NCBI GenBank assembly: GCA_964016885.1
Contig: OZ024743.1
Span: 155,372,001-155,436,000, forward strand
Length of the DNA stretch: 64,000 nt
Reading direction: 5' to 3'
Source: Eledone cirrhosa
Lineage: Eukaryota
Position numbers and translations under genes: made by a program. The notes below the pieces were generated by a model, which had not been told where the DNA came from, ran no database searches, and saw nothing but the letters and a program-made list of their open reading frames with translations. Position 1 is the stretch's first letter; each line of letters begins with the position of its first letter. Positions 11,478-23,517 of this stretch are shown here, in pieces.

Positions 11478-14036
11478 AGTGCAAGTATTCTGGGAAAAGA
11501 TCTGGGCCGAAGAAAAAGTGCATAACATACATGTCCCATGGATAGACAGACAAATGAAAGACACAGCTCACCTTGAGGAACAAACATGGGAAAATACAAC
11601 AGTTGAACAGCTGCGCTTGGCTCTAAGAAAAACCAGCAAATGGAAATCCCCAGGAAAAGACAAAATACAAAACTTTTGGATAAATGCCTTCACAGGGTCT
11701 CATGAGCAGTTAGCCCAACTTTACAATGAAATAGTTAAGGAGCCAGAAAAGATACCATCATGGCTAGTTAACGGCATTACATTCCTGCTACCGAAGAATG
11801 ATGAGACAAACAATCCCCAAAATTACAGACCGATAACCTGCTTGACCACAATGTATAAAATTTTAACATCAGTCCTAACTGAATACACATATGACCACCT
11901 GATAACAAATGACCTATTTCCCATTGAGCAGAAAGGGTGTAAACGAGGCTCATATGGCTGTAAGGATCAGCTTCTGGTTAACAAAATGATACTGGAAGAT
12001 TGTCATAATAGACACAAGAATCTATCGATTGCTTGGATAGATTATAAAAAATAATTTGATAGTTTGCCACACAGTTGGATTGAAAAATGTTTAGAGATTT
12101 TCAAAATATCCCCCGTTGTCAGGAGGTTTTTGTCATTCAGCATGAGGACATGGAGAACGAGACTCCTTTTGAATAGTGAAACAAAATCACTGGAAGCTGG
12201 AGAAGTTAACATTAATTGTGGAATTGTTCAGGGTGACTCTTTATCACCGCTTTTATTCTGCATCGCACTTATACCATTAAGTAAAATGCTCAATGAAACA
12301 AAACATGGATATAGAGTCTATGACAAAACCATTAATCACCAGTTCTACATGGATGACCTGAAACTATTTGCAAAAAATGATGAACAATTGCAAGGGCTAT
12401 TATCCACTGTGAAGCAGTTCAGTGATGAAATTAAAATGGAGTTTGGACTGGATAAATGCGCCAAAGCAACGTTCACCAGAGGAAAGCTGCTGAAGAGTTC
12501 AGACATTAATCTTGATTGGGGGAACGTGATAAGAGAGCTTGATCAAGAACAAACTTACAAATATCTAGGTGTTTGTGAAGGAGACGGAATCAAGCACTCG
12601 ACAATGAGGGAAAGGATAAGGAAGGAATGTTACCGCAGAGTCAGAGCAATCTTAAGAACGGAATTGAATGCAAGGAATAGGATCGATGCCATAAACACGC
12701 TTGCCATACCAGTAGTAACTTACAGTTACAATGTCATCAACTGGTCAAGCACAGAGATCCGTAGGCTCGATACAAAAATCCGAAAATTCTTAACCATGCA
12801 CAGAATGCATCACCCTAAGGCAGACATAGATAGAATATATCTCCCTAGGAAAGAAGGAGGACGTGGGTTAATCCAGTTAGACATTGCGTTGAAAACTGCA
12901 ACAATTGGATTATCCACATATCTAAGGGAATCACATGATTGGATGATCAAACTCGTTTTGAAACACGAAAGCACCAAAAGATCATATTCCATTACAAAAG
13001 ATGCACAAAGATACAGTAATGGACTACAAATTTCAGAAGTCCCATTTACTGCTGAAATGGAAAACACAGAAAAAGCAAAGCAGGTAAAAGTAACTGCAAA
13101 GAAAGAACTGCTACAGAAACTGGCTAAGAAATGGCAAGAAAAGCCTCTGTATGGAAAATACCCAGAGCGAGCTAACAATCCTGATGTTGACAAAACTTTA
13201 ACCCATCAGTGGTTGGCATCCTCTGGACTGAAATCGGAGACTGAAGGACTGATTATATCCGCACAAGATCAGTGTCTGCCAACAAAAAATTACCAAGCCA
13301 ACATAATAAAAAATGGGTGCAGCCCATTATGCCGTGTATGCAAAAAACAACCAGAGACCATTGACCATATAATTTCAATGTGCAGTCCTATAGCTCCAAC
13401 CGAATACCTAAACAGGCATGACAGAGCTGCACAATACATACATTGGATAATGTGTAAGCATTTTGACCTGCCCCATCAAAAGAATTGGTGGGAACATCAA
13501 CCACCTCCCATACTTGAAAAAGATCACATCTCAATCTTGTGGAACTTTAGCATCCAAACAGACCGAAAAATAGATGCAAATAGACCTGATATAATATTGA
13601 AGGACTTTCAAAGGAGGGTATGCCTGCTAATTGATATGTCTGTTCCAATAGACAAGAATGTATCTATAAAAACATTTGAAAAATTGAGCAAGTATAAGGA
13701 CCTGGAGATAGAAATTGGAAAAATGTGGAAATTGAGAACTCAAACAATACCAGTGGTTGTAGGCGCTCTGGGAATGATACCTAACGGGTCTAACGACTAC
13801 TTATCGCAAATCCCAGGAAACCCGCGTATAGGAGAAATACAAAAGATAGTAGTAATGGGAACTGCCCATATACTAAGGAAGATCCTGTCAATATAAGTAC
13901 ATCACAAGTCTAAACACTAAGGATGCATGTGTGAATATGTATGTTCTTTCTTGAACATGGCGGACCTTGTTGTCTCTTGAGGTCACTGGGTGTGACTTGG
14001 TGATAACTCGTATAAACATAAAGCAAGATAAATGCA

Positions 14037-14069
<33 letters not shown>
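11478..14069 (+). mobile_element. 5'-truncated Dong family B copy, one premature stop, (TAA)n tail
   Basis: Starts at the position equivalent to ~2581 of the other B copy. ORFs 11479-12054 and 12064-13896 are in frame, split by a TAA at 12052 (GCA in the other copy). Same 3' UTR. Confidence 0.92.
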
Positions 14070-14071
<2 letters not shown>

Positions 14072-16790
14072 TTTCTTTATTGGCCACAAGGGCTGACATG
14101 AAGGAAAACATTACATAGGGCACAGGACGGTACGATGTGTGTTTTCTGCGTGTAAAGATTTTTATTATTTATATAAGGAAATAAAAAAAGGACATAGAAA
14201 CATATATATATAAATAATAAAAATGAAATTTCAAGCAGTGAAAAATTGCCCAATGGTGGGGGGGGGGGGGACCTCCGAGGGTTACTCGTGGCGAAAACCA
14301 CACAAAAAAACACGGCCAACCTGACCTCCAGGCAAGTGCCCTCTCTCAAATTAGTCATTTCTCAAACTACTGGCGTATATTCAGAGCGGTCCCGTTCACT
14401 CGGACCATTATCACTACATTCAGACACCTTTCAAAAAACTTGGAAAGACGCGTTCAGCTTCCAGTAACAAGGTCCTTGTCTATGAAGTCTGTCTATGTCG
14501 ATCTCACAGATCACAAATTTGTGGTCTGTGTAGTCGACTATTTTAAATTGATGACAACTTATTGGCACATTCGGGTGATCCAGTCGATACCTGCCAGACG
14601 GTACCAAACGTCTGAGCAGGTTGGTGATGCTCTTGCACCCTCCTCCCCTATCCACTAGTCCAACACAATCCCAGCGTGCATCCAATATACCGTTCCAGTC
14701 GCCCACTAACACTAAAGACGGGACGTTCCAAGAAAGGTCTCTAGACGTTTGAATAAATCTGGCCGACTGCCCCAGTCCGGGTGTAGACGGCTACTAGCCT
14801 TTAAATCATTACCTTCACTGTCGGTCACGTCCAGCACCAACGACTTACCTCTGGGTCCAGGAAGGTGGCCCGTATGGCGAGATCCAAGCCTCTTCCGTAA
14901 AGGACGGCAACCGTCTCCTGGTCCTGGACGGCTGGAGATGTGTATACATCACAGCCGCCTAAGTTGTAAGAGTTCTTTATTTGCCATGTTTATGGCTCTG
15001 TACTTTTTGGGGGGAGGTGTGATTTTATTGCTGTTGAGTGTATGTGTTTTGTTGTGTTTGCATTGTTGGTGTTTTTGGTGATGCTGGTGTTGGTGTGGTT
15101 GTTTTTGGCGGTGGTGCTTGTGGTGGTGATGGCGATGGTGGTGGGGTTTCTTTTTTGTGTTTTTGTGGCAGACCTTTTTCGCCTTAACTCCCGCCTCAGG
15201 CTCCATGTTAGATTCCATGGAGTCAGGGAGAAGTATGTGGACCACGCCTACTCAAAATCTAGCTACTGGTGTTGCCGCCACTGATGCTGCTGCTTTAGTT
15301 GTCGGTGGCCTAAGTACGGGTGCCACGGACGTTGCCCTGCTACTCACCGTGGCAGCGGCTTCAGCATTTGTTTCCTGCACTGCTCTTGGTAGCAGCGGAC
15401 AAGGTATCGGAAGGCGAGGGGCCTTCTTCTTCGCTGTCTTCTGAGGACAAAATGCCCTGAGGTGACATTTTGACCCACAGAGATATCATTTTGGTCCTTC
15501 TTCGAGGTCTATGATATCGGGGATAGCGTCGATACGCACCTGGTCAGTTTATATAAGCATGTCCATGCCTATACCTGAACAGTTCTCTCTCCCTATCTTC
15601 TCTACTTGCAGCATGGTCGTTCTGTCCTCGATTCCAGCCGAGACAGACGCGGCTAGCCAAGGTATGGGCATGTCGGGTTGGACCTGGGTCACTTTGATCC
15701 TCACAATTTTCTGCCCGCAGTTGTAGGGTACCAAGACTATCTTCTCACTCTTTAGGGTTTCCAAAGAGTGAGATTTCGATTCTTGGGGAATGGCGAAAGT
15801 ACGTCTACTGTGGCGTACTTTCTGCCTCGGGCGATGTTGGTTTTGCGCGCCCAGACGCACCGCAAAGCGTTTGGATTTGAGCCTCGGTGACTCTCTCCAC
15901 CTGATGTGAGATTTTGCTTACGGTGCGGTAAATCACCGTCCGTCGCTGCTGGTCCTTGAAAAAATCGGGTGGAGGTTTCAGGGAAACTTTATTGGCGTTT
16001 CTTGTCACCAAGCCCTTGGAACGGCCATCTCTTCCCCAGTGATTAACACCATCTCGAGATTTCGGGCGACACCTGCAAAAGAAGTGGTCCCTTTTTCAGC
16101 AGCACCACTATTGCTGCCGCTACTGGTCTTACTGGTGGTGCTGAGATCTCTGTTACAGGTATCGATGTCATTGTTGATGTTTTCGTTGGTACAGTTGTTG
16201 CTCTTGTTGTTGTTGTTTTCGTTGATACTGTTGCTGTTGTTACTGTTATTATTATTGTTGTTTTTGTTGAAACTGTTCCTACTATCATTGTTTTTGTCGC
16301 TGATGTTATTGTCATTGTTATTGTCGTTTTCGACCTTACCGTTGTTATTTTTGTTGTTGCTGTTGTTACTTGTGGTGTTGTTGTTGGTGTTATTGTTCGT
16401 GTTGTTTGCGTTAGAAATATTTGGTAATTTTAAATCTGTAAGGATATCATTAAAAAGTATATTGTTCCTGTTTTCCTTCGTAATATTTTCTTTTATATTT
16501 ACCTTCGATAGAACGCTGTCGTGTTGATATGTTTACAAAGTCTCCCTCTCTGTGTATTCTGACGTTGCTCTCTCTCTTTCTTGTGTTATCGAAGTTCAAA
16601 GACATTTATTTCTTCAAATAATATTTTTATATAATATGACACCCCGTAAAGGGGGTACCGTATTATTTACAAGTGAAGCCCTGTATTAGGTGGGTCACTT
16701 CTTCTAAACTTTTATCAAGTTTAAAACTTGAATAAAACGTTTAGAACGGTTGAAACGAGGTAAACTGTTGAAAAAACTGGAGGTGATAAT
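14070..16790 (-). mobile_element. Internally deleted Tx1/L1-like LINE (ORF1 zinc knuckle, APE endonuclease remnants, 3' end)
   Basis: Minus strand shows a low-complexity Asn/Thr ORF1 N-terminus, a YLCGSKCHLRAFCPQ knuckle at ~15445-15490, and APE motifs LVGDWNGILD, TDHKFV and GPCYWKLNAS. RT is missing. 3' end ...cccttgtggccaataaagaaatcattatt. 5' boundary approximate. Confidence 0.75.
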
Positions 16791-16824
16791 AAGTGTGGCT
16801 TCACTTTCAATAATAATACTAATA

Positions 16825-17011
16825 ATTGTTTCTACTGTAGGCACAAGGCCAGCATTTGCCCATTGCATTACTGGTACTTTATTTTATCGACCCCGTAAGG
16901 ATGAAAGGCAAATTCAACCTCAGCGGGATTTGAACTCAGATCGTAAAGGGACGTAACTATGATGGAAAGCATGGCGTCCGACCTTCTACCGATGCTGCCA
17001 ATCCACCGCCC
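16825..17011 (-). mobile_element. tRNA-derived SINE (octopus-type)
   Basis: Pol III A box (TGGCAGyATCGG), B box (GAGTTCAAATCC), central gcctttcatccttacggggtcgataaaataaagtaccag block, tail ggccttgtgcc..gtagaaacaatt. Confidence 0.9.
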
Positions 17012-17059
17012 TTTATAATAATAATGATAATTGTTTCTGTTTTAGCACAAGAGCAGATA

Positions 17060-17630
17060 CATAGACTCAGACTCAGAAGCTCCCATGCCTTGCGACGCAT
17101 GAGGGAATCATAGTGTTCCACCGCGTTCGGTCAGCAATCAGTTGCACAGCATCCCGCTATTGTCTGTTTGTCTCTCGCAGTTCCCTCTCAACTGCCTGGC
17201 TCCAGTTCCTTTTGTGTCGCTCTCTCCGTCTGCTTCCCTGCGGGCTCCATTTAAGTACTTGGTTCGCCAGTCTCTCCGGCGGAAGTCTCAAAGCGTGCCC
17301 AAACCAGCCCAGGCGTCGCTTGCAGATGGCAGAAGAGACTAGCTGCTGGTTGGTGCGGTTCCTGACTTCCTGGTTTGTTACATGGTCACTCCATTTAATC
17401 CCCAGTATATTTCGCAGACACCTGGATTGAATGCGTCCAACTTCTTCTATTGCTGGTCTTAAGGTGCCATGTTTCACTTCCGTACACGAGTGTGGACAGC
17501 ACGTTGCTGTTGTAGAATCTCATCTTTGTTTTGAGGGTGAACTTCCTGTTTTGAGGGTGAACTTTTTCATTATGAACTCGACCGATAGCCGGATTCTTTC
17601 TACACATGATAGCCGCTGTTCTGCATAATT
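17060..17630 (-). mobile_element. RTE-clade LINE 3' fragment
   Basis: MRFYNSNVLSTLVYGSETW, CLRNILGIKWSDHVTNQEV, RRLGWFGHALR, W.PQGSRRR..KRNW; short (ctgagt)2 tail. Confidence 0.85.
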
Positions 17631-17634
17631 CCAC

Positions 17635-19200
17635 AAGTCAGTACTGCGCGGAGACTAGATGACTGAGTGTAGAACAGTTTCGTGGCTCCACGCACATCTC
17701 AAGCAGGTCTGTATGACAGCACTTCCGAGCATGTAGAGTTCATCTCGAACCAGCAGTGCCCCCCCCCCCTCCGTCAGCACTGCCAAGCGAGAGAATTCTG
17801 CTAGATATAAATAGTCCCGGGCTCGAAATTCCTCCAGAGCAGACTGATCATTTCGACTTTAGAGACGCCCAGTGACTCTCCTTGTGCAACGTCGCACTTG
17901 ACCACTACTAATGTTGAATAGAACTAGAGAGTAGAAGTTCCACTGACAGCATTGACAAACTGGTAGTGAGCAGTTAGTGTCTGGCAATATTCCTGATGCC
18001 AGTCACCCAATATCAGTCTCTTCTTAAACCAGGACTGCAGCTCAGTCAAAGAGACGAGCTGCAGAAAGGTCCGTCTGACAAACGCCGTCCATATTTGTTC
18101 ACCGTTTAGGCAGAACATCTGGAGATGCTGCACCATTGGTGTTGGTGGTGGTTCGACTGTTGTTGCTCTTGGTGGGGCTGAGGTGTGTTGGTGGAGCTTT
18201 CCGCTCCGGCACTGGCGTTGGTAGCAATATAGGTTTCCTCATCCCTGCATTTTTGAGATGAGGGCAGTTACGTTGCATCACCGCAGACGAAGCAGTGCTG
18301 TCTTCTTCTTTCATTAGTCAACTGAATTGTTGACCTGTCCTGCAGCCGGATATGGTCTGGGATCCTGGGAATGCGGAGCTTCACTGTTCTTTTGCTTATT
18401 TGTGACGGGCACATAATGATGCATCCGCTCTGTAGGGAGCCACGTACTACTTGATAGCCTCGATTTTGAACAGTATCTAGATGGTGCCGATGTGTCTGGC
18501 ACTTGATTTGTAATCAATGTCATATTTGATGTATTTCAATGCAGCCTTGACTCCAACATGGCTGGCGAGTTCCACCTTGCGAGTCTGCACCGAAATACAT
18601 CGAAAAAGAAAAGTCATCCTCTGTATTGTCAGTAACACTTCATCTGGGATAGTTAGGTTGGCCCAGACCTTTGGCGTTCATTTACTTCCCACGACAGTGC
18701 TAACTATTTCTCTTTGTCTGTGATATCAACGTTAAAAAATGCTTTGCTTTTTGCAGCCGCCACCACAAGTGTGCTGTTGGTCTCAATGTTACTGTTGTTG
18801 TAGGTGTTGTCGTTTTTGTTTTTGGTGGTGGTGTAGATGTCAATATTGCAATTGTTATTGGTGTTTCTCTCGTTATTGCTATTGCTGTTTTCTTTCTTGT
18901 TCACGATTTTATTTTTACCCTTTTTGGTTTGTTGTTCGTGCTGTCGTCGTTGTTGCTGCTTTTTCTGCTGTTGTCAAGTTTTGTTCATATTAGTGTTATT
19001 GGTGTTGTTGGTGGTGGTGCTGGTGTTGGCGATATTGCCTAATGTGGTGTTACAATTCTAAATTGTTGTGGGTGGGGTAGCGCTAGTGGCCTCAACGTAA
19101 GACAGCAAGCTCAAAGTTGGGGGCGTGGCTCCGCCTTGTTTTTGCTTTGATAAAGGCCGAAATATTATAGAATCTACCCTTCACACCGCAAAGACGAGAG
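17635..19200 (-). mobile_element. Third, heavily decayed Tx1/L1-like remnant
   Basis: Minus strand ~17660-17710 encodes CLRCAWSHETVLHS, homologous to 5770-5830. The AAC-rich ORF1-like low-complexity tract at 18740-19060 resembles 16100-16430. Confidence 0.55.
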
Positions 19201-19876
19201 TCTAAGACCCTTTTATTTTATTTTTTATTTCCCTTTTTATATTCTTTCACACAATATGCACTGAATATATATCTTGCTCCTACCCGCAGTGCCTGAGCAA
19301 AAATGTTTTATAAAGAAATTCTTTATAGTCTTTTCTATGGTCTTTAAAAACACTTGTCTCATACCATAATTCCTCATTTATATATAGTTTCATGCATTTA
19401 CCTCATACTATTTTCGTCTCCTATTAATTATTTTTAGCGAAGATCCCCTTTAACGATGTCTAAACAGTATAATCTACTTCCCCATATGTCTACCCACTAT
19501 CCTGTGACAAACTGACCACCTAAAACACCATACCGCTAGGACAACAGCGTTTTCTTCCATGTCCTATCACGCACAACCCTACCTCATCCACACCACACAC
19601 AGCAACTACGTACACGCCGATATATCTATGGCAAGCCAAATAACCACACCCCGCAACTCACATACTATTGTTCCAAACCATTACCATGTCACTACGCTCA
19701 CCCCCCACCCAAGTATCATACATGCCAAAATATTCCTCATAACTAAATCACCAATCAAGACAATATAAACTGATCAACATATAAACCCGATATAGATCGA
19801 ACCTTGAGCTGATCAATAGCGAAACGCGTGTCACGAATCCATAAACGTAATGAAGGCTTAACAAAACGCCCTTGTA

Positions 19877-19922
<46 letters not shown>

Positions 19923-19980
19923 TTATTAGTGAAAGAGTGAAGAATAAGATGGTCGGCTGTACAAAAAGGGTTTTATTTAT

Positions 19981-20092
19981 AGTATTAACAATTGTTTCGT
20001 TGATCAGTTGAGTCTAAAGGCCGCTAATGACTCGAAGTTGCGTCACTCGACTTAAATACAGTGTGTGTCTCTGATGAAATCATCGGAATACT
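19981..20092 (-). ncRNA. Type-I hammerhead-like motif with CCGAUGA core and long stem II
   Basis: Minus strand: AGUAUU-CCGAUGA-[~80 nt stem II domain]-GAAAC-AAUU-GUU-AAUACU. Stem I has 6 perfect bp and the stem III loop is palindromic. Confidence 0.7.
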
Positions 20093-20177
20093 GGAGGGTT
20101 TAACACATGGCATTGGTATTTATAGATACATCCGAGAGACAATTGAATGAAAACAATGACATCAATAATAAAAGATA

Positions 20178-20362
20178 ATTGTTTCTACTTTAGGCACAAG
20201 GCCAGCAATTACTCAGTGCATTACTGGTACTTTATTTTACCGACCCCGTAAGGATGAAAGGCAAAGTTAACCTCGGCTGGATTTGAACTCAGATCATAAA
20301 CGGCCGTAACTCTATGCGTCAAAGCATGGCGTCCGACCCTGTACCGATACTGCCAATCCACC
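20178..20362 (-). mobile_element. SINE inserted in PLE 3' region, 14-bp TSD
   Basis: SINE consensus; taataaaagataat at 20166-20179 and 20367-20380. Confidence 0.9.
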
Positions 20363-22332
20363 ATATTAATAAAAGATAATAACAAATAATAATAATAAAG
20401 AAGTTAGAATGAAAATGATAAAGTGGAAAAAAATAAGCAAAAAATAAGTACAAAATACGATTGTTGATAGTAATAATAGTGGTGGTGGTAGTTTAAGTTA
20501 TAGTGTTGAGTAAGTGAATGTGTAAAATAGTGATGACGGTAAAGTTAACAATAATATGAAAAGCAATACGAAATACATGATATGTAGTATAAATGCGAGA
20601 TGTACAATCAAATCTCAGAGAAATAAAAAAAAAAGAAAAATGAAAAAAAAAAAGATATAAGTAACATATGAAGAGATAAGGGACAAGAGACAGTGAGTGA
20701 GGATAAGGATTTGAGGATGAGACATAAGGGGTAGGACTAAGGACGGGGGGGGGGAGTAGATAGATAAATAGAGAATAAAAAGTGAAAAGGACAGTGATGA
20801 TATATGGGTGATTACGGACTGGCAGACACATTGTACTATCTTAATGGAGGTGATGCGGTTATAGAAAGAGAGTGGAAGAAATGTTGGGAGTTTTATGATG
20901 TTGATTTAATAATCAGTTGGTCAGTTGACAGATAATAACGGTAGGGTGGTGTGGATCTAGTACATTAAAACCCGGGTGGTTCTGCTTGAATTTTGGGATT
21001 ACTGGATCAAATCAAGTCGGTTTAAAGTTAGAGAACTTAGTGGCTGCTTTGCGCCTACAGAAAATTGGTCGTTCTGTGTTGTTGTGAAGCAGCATTTTAT
21101 CATACTTTAAAATATGGAACAGCTCCATATTGCAAAGTCCGCAATGGGACAATCCACTTTTCTAAGCGCTTGCGCTCGATAACTTTGACCGGCAAATCTC
21201 ATATTCCTGGTTGATGTCCTTAAGCTGTCAGATCTTATTGGCCAGCGTCGTTGAGTTCTCTTGTCTACTGTTCTTTTATAGAATGCCTATGTACATACCA
21301 TCATTTTTTTTATTCCCTGGCAGTAGAACCTATGTAGTGCCATGTTAAGTTGCCTGATTTGATAGTACACAGGTACACTATACTTGATTCCATGCATCTA
21401 TTTTGTAGTGGGCATTTATCCGGTAGTGGGCAGTTACAATTGGAGGCCTTCCTGTGTGCAGGTTCCTGTTGCGATTTTTTATGTTTTCAGGGATGGGCTG
21501 AGATTTAGGTTTATTGATGTTTTGTTGTGATGTGCCCTGACATATGTATAGTTGTGACTTTGTTCTGTGTTTGCGTTTTGTATTTGGTGCTATGGTGTAT
21601 GTTGGTAGGTTATTTTCCTTAGACATTATTTTATAGTTGATTTTATGTATGTGTGATTCTATGTTAGCTGCAGTAGAGTAAGAGAGTTGATAGTTTTTTG
21701 CTGGTAAAGGTTCTATAGTATTTGTGTAGTTTAGGGAAGTGTTTATCAATTATTTTAAATAAGGTAGAAGGTAAATTCATTTTTATAGAGGAGTTGACGC
21801 TTGATTTGAACCATAAATATTTCCTAGCTATGGATTTTCTCTAGTTTTTAGAGGACTGGAATAAGCCGTGTGCAAAACCTCATGTATTTTCGCTACGCTA
21901 ACCGGACCTTAGATATTTTTCTGAGGTAGAGTTATTTTATTTTTATCTGGGTACCTATTGATAAACACAGAAACAGTTGATTAACTCACTGCTAATTAGT
22001 TAATTATTTTACTATTATACCATCCTTTGTGAAACATGTTTGAAGTTTGAAGTTCTGACCGATCTGCGGAAAAAGTTTGTATTTTGAATTTTAAACGTGT
22101 CTATGTACCAAGGCTTTTTGCCCATATGAGTCTGTGAGTATTGATTTATTATTTTCTAGATCGTACAGGCAGACCGTATGTTGTTGAATTAAGATTTTTC
22201 ACTCTAGCGATCTTATTAGTCAATTGCAACTATAACATGTAAATGTTCATCAAATATTAATTTATACTGCTCAGAAGCGATTCCTAGAGCTGAAATGATT
22301 GTAAATGACCTCTTTGAGTCTAAACTCTAAGC

Positions 22333-22372
<40 letters not shown>

Positions 22373-22376
<4 letters not shown>

Positions 22377-23270
22377 AACAAGTATGACCCTGAAGGCACA
22401 GCTCAAGCCATTTCGACGGCTAATTCTGGACTAAGTAAGAATGTTTAGCCTGGTAAATAAATAGCCGAACTTTTCAGGTGGTAATTCCTTATATGGGAAG
22501 ATAGTAATTGTCAAAAGGGTTGGTCAAACATGTTTTTGACCATTTCTGTAATTTCTAAATTTCTTAGTGGTATTTTTGTATTAGTATCCTTGTATTAGTA
22601 TCCTTGTATTAGTATTTCTGTATTAGTACTCTGAATTTTAATATTTCGTATTAGTATTTTTGTAGTAGTAATATAGTATTTTTGTTTTTAACCTGTCATT
22701 ACAATCTCGTATTTAGTATGTTTCTACACCTATTAAATTTTGCTATAGCTTACCAATACGAATGAGAGATTTGGTGATTGTGGAAGGGGAGTAGTAACCA
22801 GAATTTTTATTTAATATATTTATTTCCTTATTTTTATAATGGTTTCGTTGTTTACTCCCTTTCGATTTACCTATTCTTTCAACTCCCCCTCCCCTTCTTT
22901 AGTACACTTTCCCAGACCTTCTATATACTATCCTTAGAATCTTCTGTATAGATTTTACCTTCAACGCTTGACTGGGTTTCCCCCACTCCCTCTTTGTTCT
23001 ACCGGCAAGTTCAGCTACCCCTACCTTCTACCAAATGCCATGATAGAATCATCTATCTTTACAATAAATTTTTGACCAATCTTTTTGACAATTACTATCT
23101 TCCCATATAAGTTCGGCTATTTATTTACCAGGCTAAACATTATTATTTAGTCCAGAATTAGGCGGCGTAACGGCTTGAGCTCTACCGTCGGGCTCATACT
23201 TGTTCCTATTACCCACTCTACTACCCTAAGTATTGAGTACTTTGGTGCCTTATGGTCCATCTGGTTCCTT
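22373..23270. mobile_element. Inverted pair of PLE pseudo-LTR fragments (family of 37085-39762)
   Basis: 22373-22545 is the reverse complement of ~23070-23210. Both match 37140-37320 and 39600-39762. Flanked by (TA)n. Confidence 0.75.
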
Positions 23271-23296
23271 ACCACATTTCCTTCGTTATATATATA

Positions 23297-23517
23297 TAAT
23301 TATGTAATAAACAACATATAATTATTCCATTTACGAAAAGTTTCACGAGGACAGGCGAGCTCAATAGAGACGTCTGAAATCGTTCATCTGAAAGGAACGT
23401 ATAGATATTCAATTTTCCTTTCTGATGAACGATTTCAGACGTCTCTATTGAGCTCACCTGTTCCGTGAAACATTTGGTAAATGGAATAATTGTATTGTGG
23501 TGTTTATTACATAATTA
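23297..23517. repeat. Hairpin cassette (two inverted ~100-bp arms), each arm an HHR motif
   Basis: Arms 23297-23396 and 23416-23517 are reverse complements. The + arm reads UCCUUU-CUGAUGA-ACG...CGU-GAAAC-AUUUG-GUA-AAUGGA. Confidence 0.8.

Larger units (their letters stand above)
19920..21860 (-). mobile_element. 5'-truncated Penelope-like element (Hydra-type), same family as 41770-45010
   Basis: Minus strand reads KYLWF, LSYSTAANIESH, CNC...DKCPL, GIY-YIG region, CGLCNMELFHI..LHNNTERPIFCR. 3' pLTR carries an HHR and ends at (TA)n. Confidence 0.8.

Noticed and set aside
16039-16527. Poly-Leu 'membrane protein' ORF (also 18739-19061, 15042-15284)
   Set aside because: Antisense reading of AAC/CAC-rich low-complexity Tx1 ORF1 sequence.
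20071-20077. CTGATGA on the + strand
   Set aside because: No downstream stem II-GAAA-UH arrangement; it is the complement of a stem II strand of the minus-strand motif.
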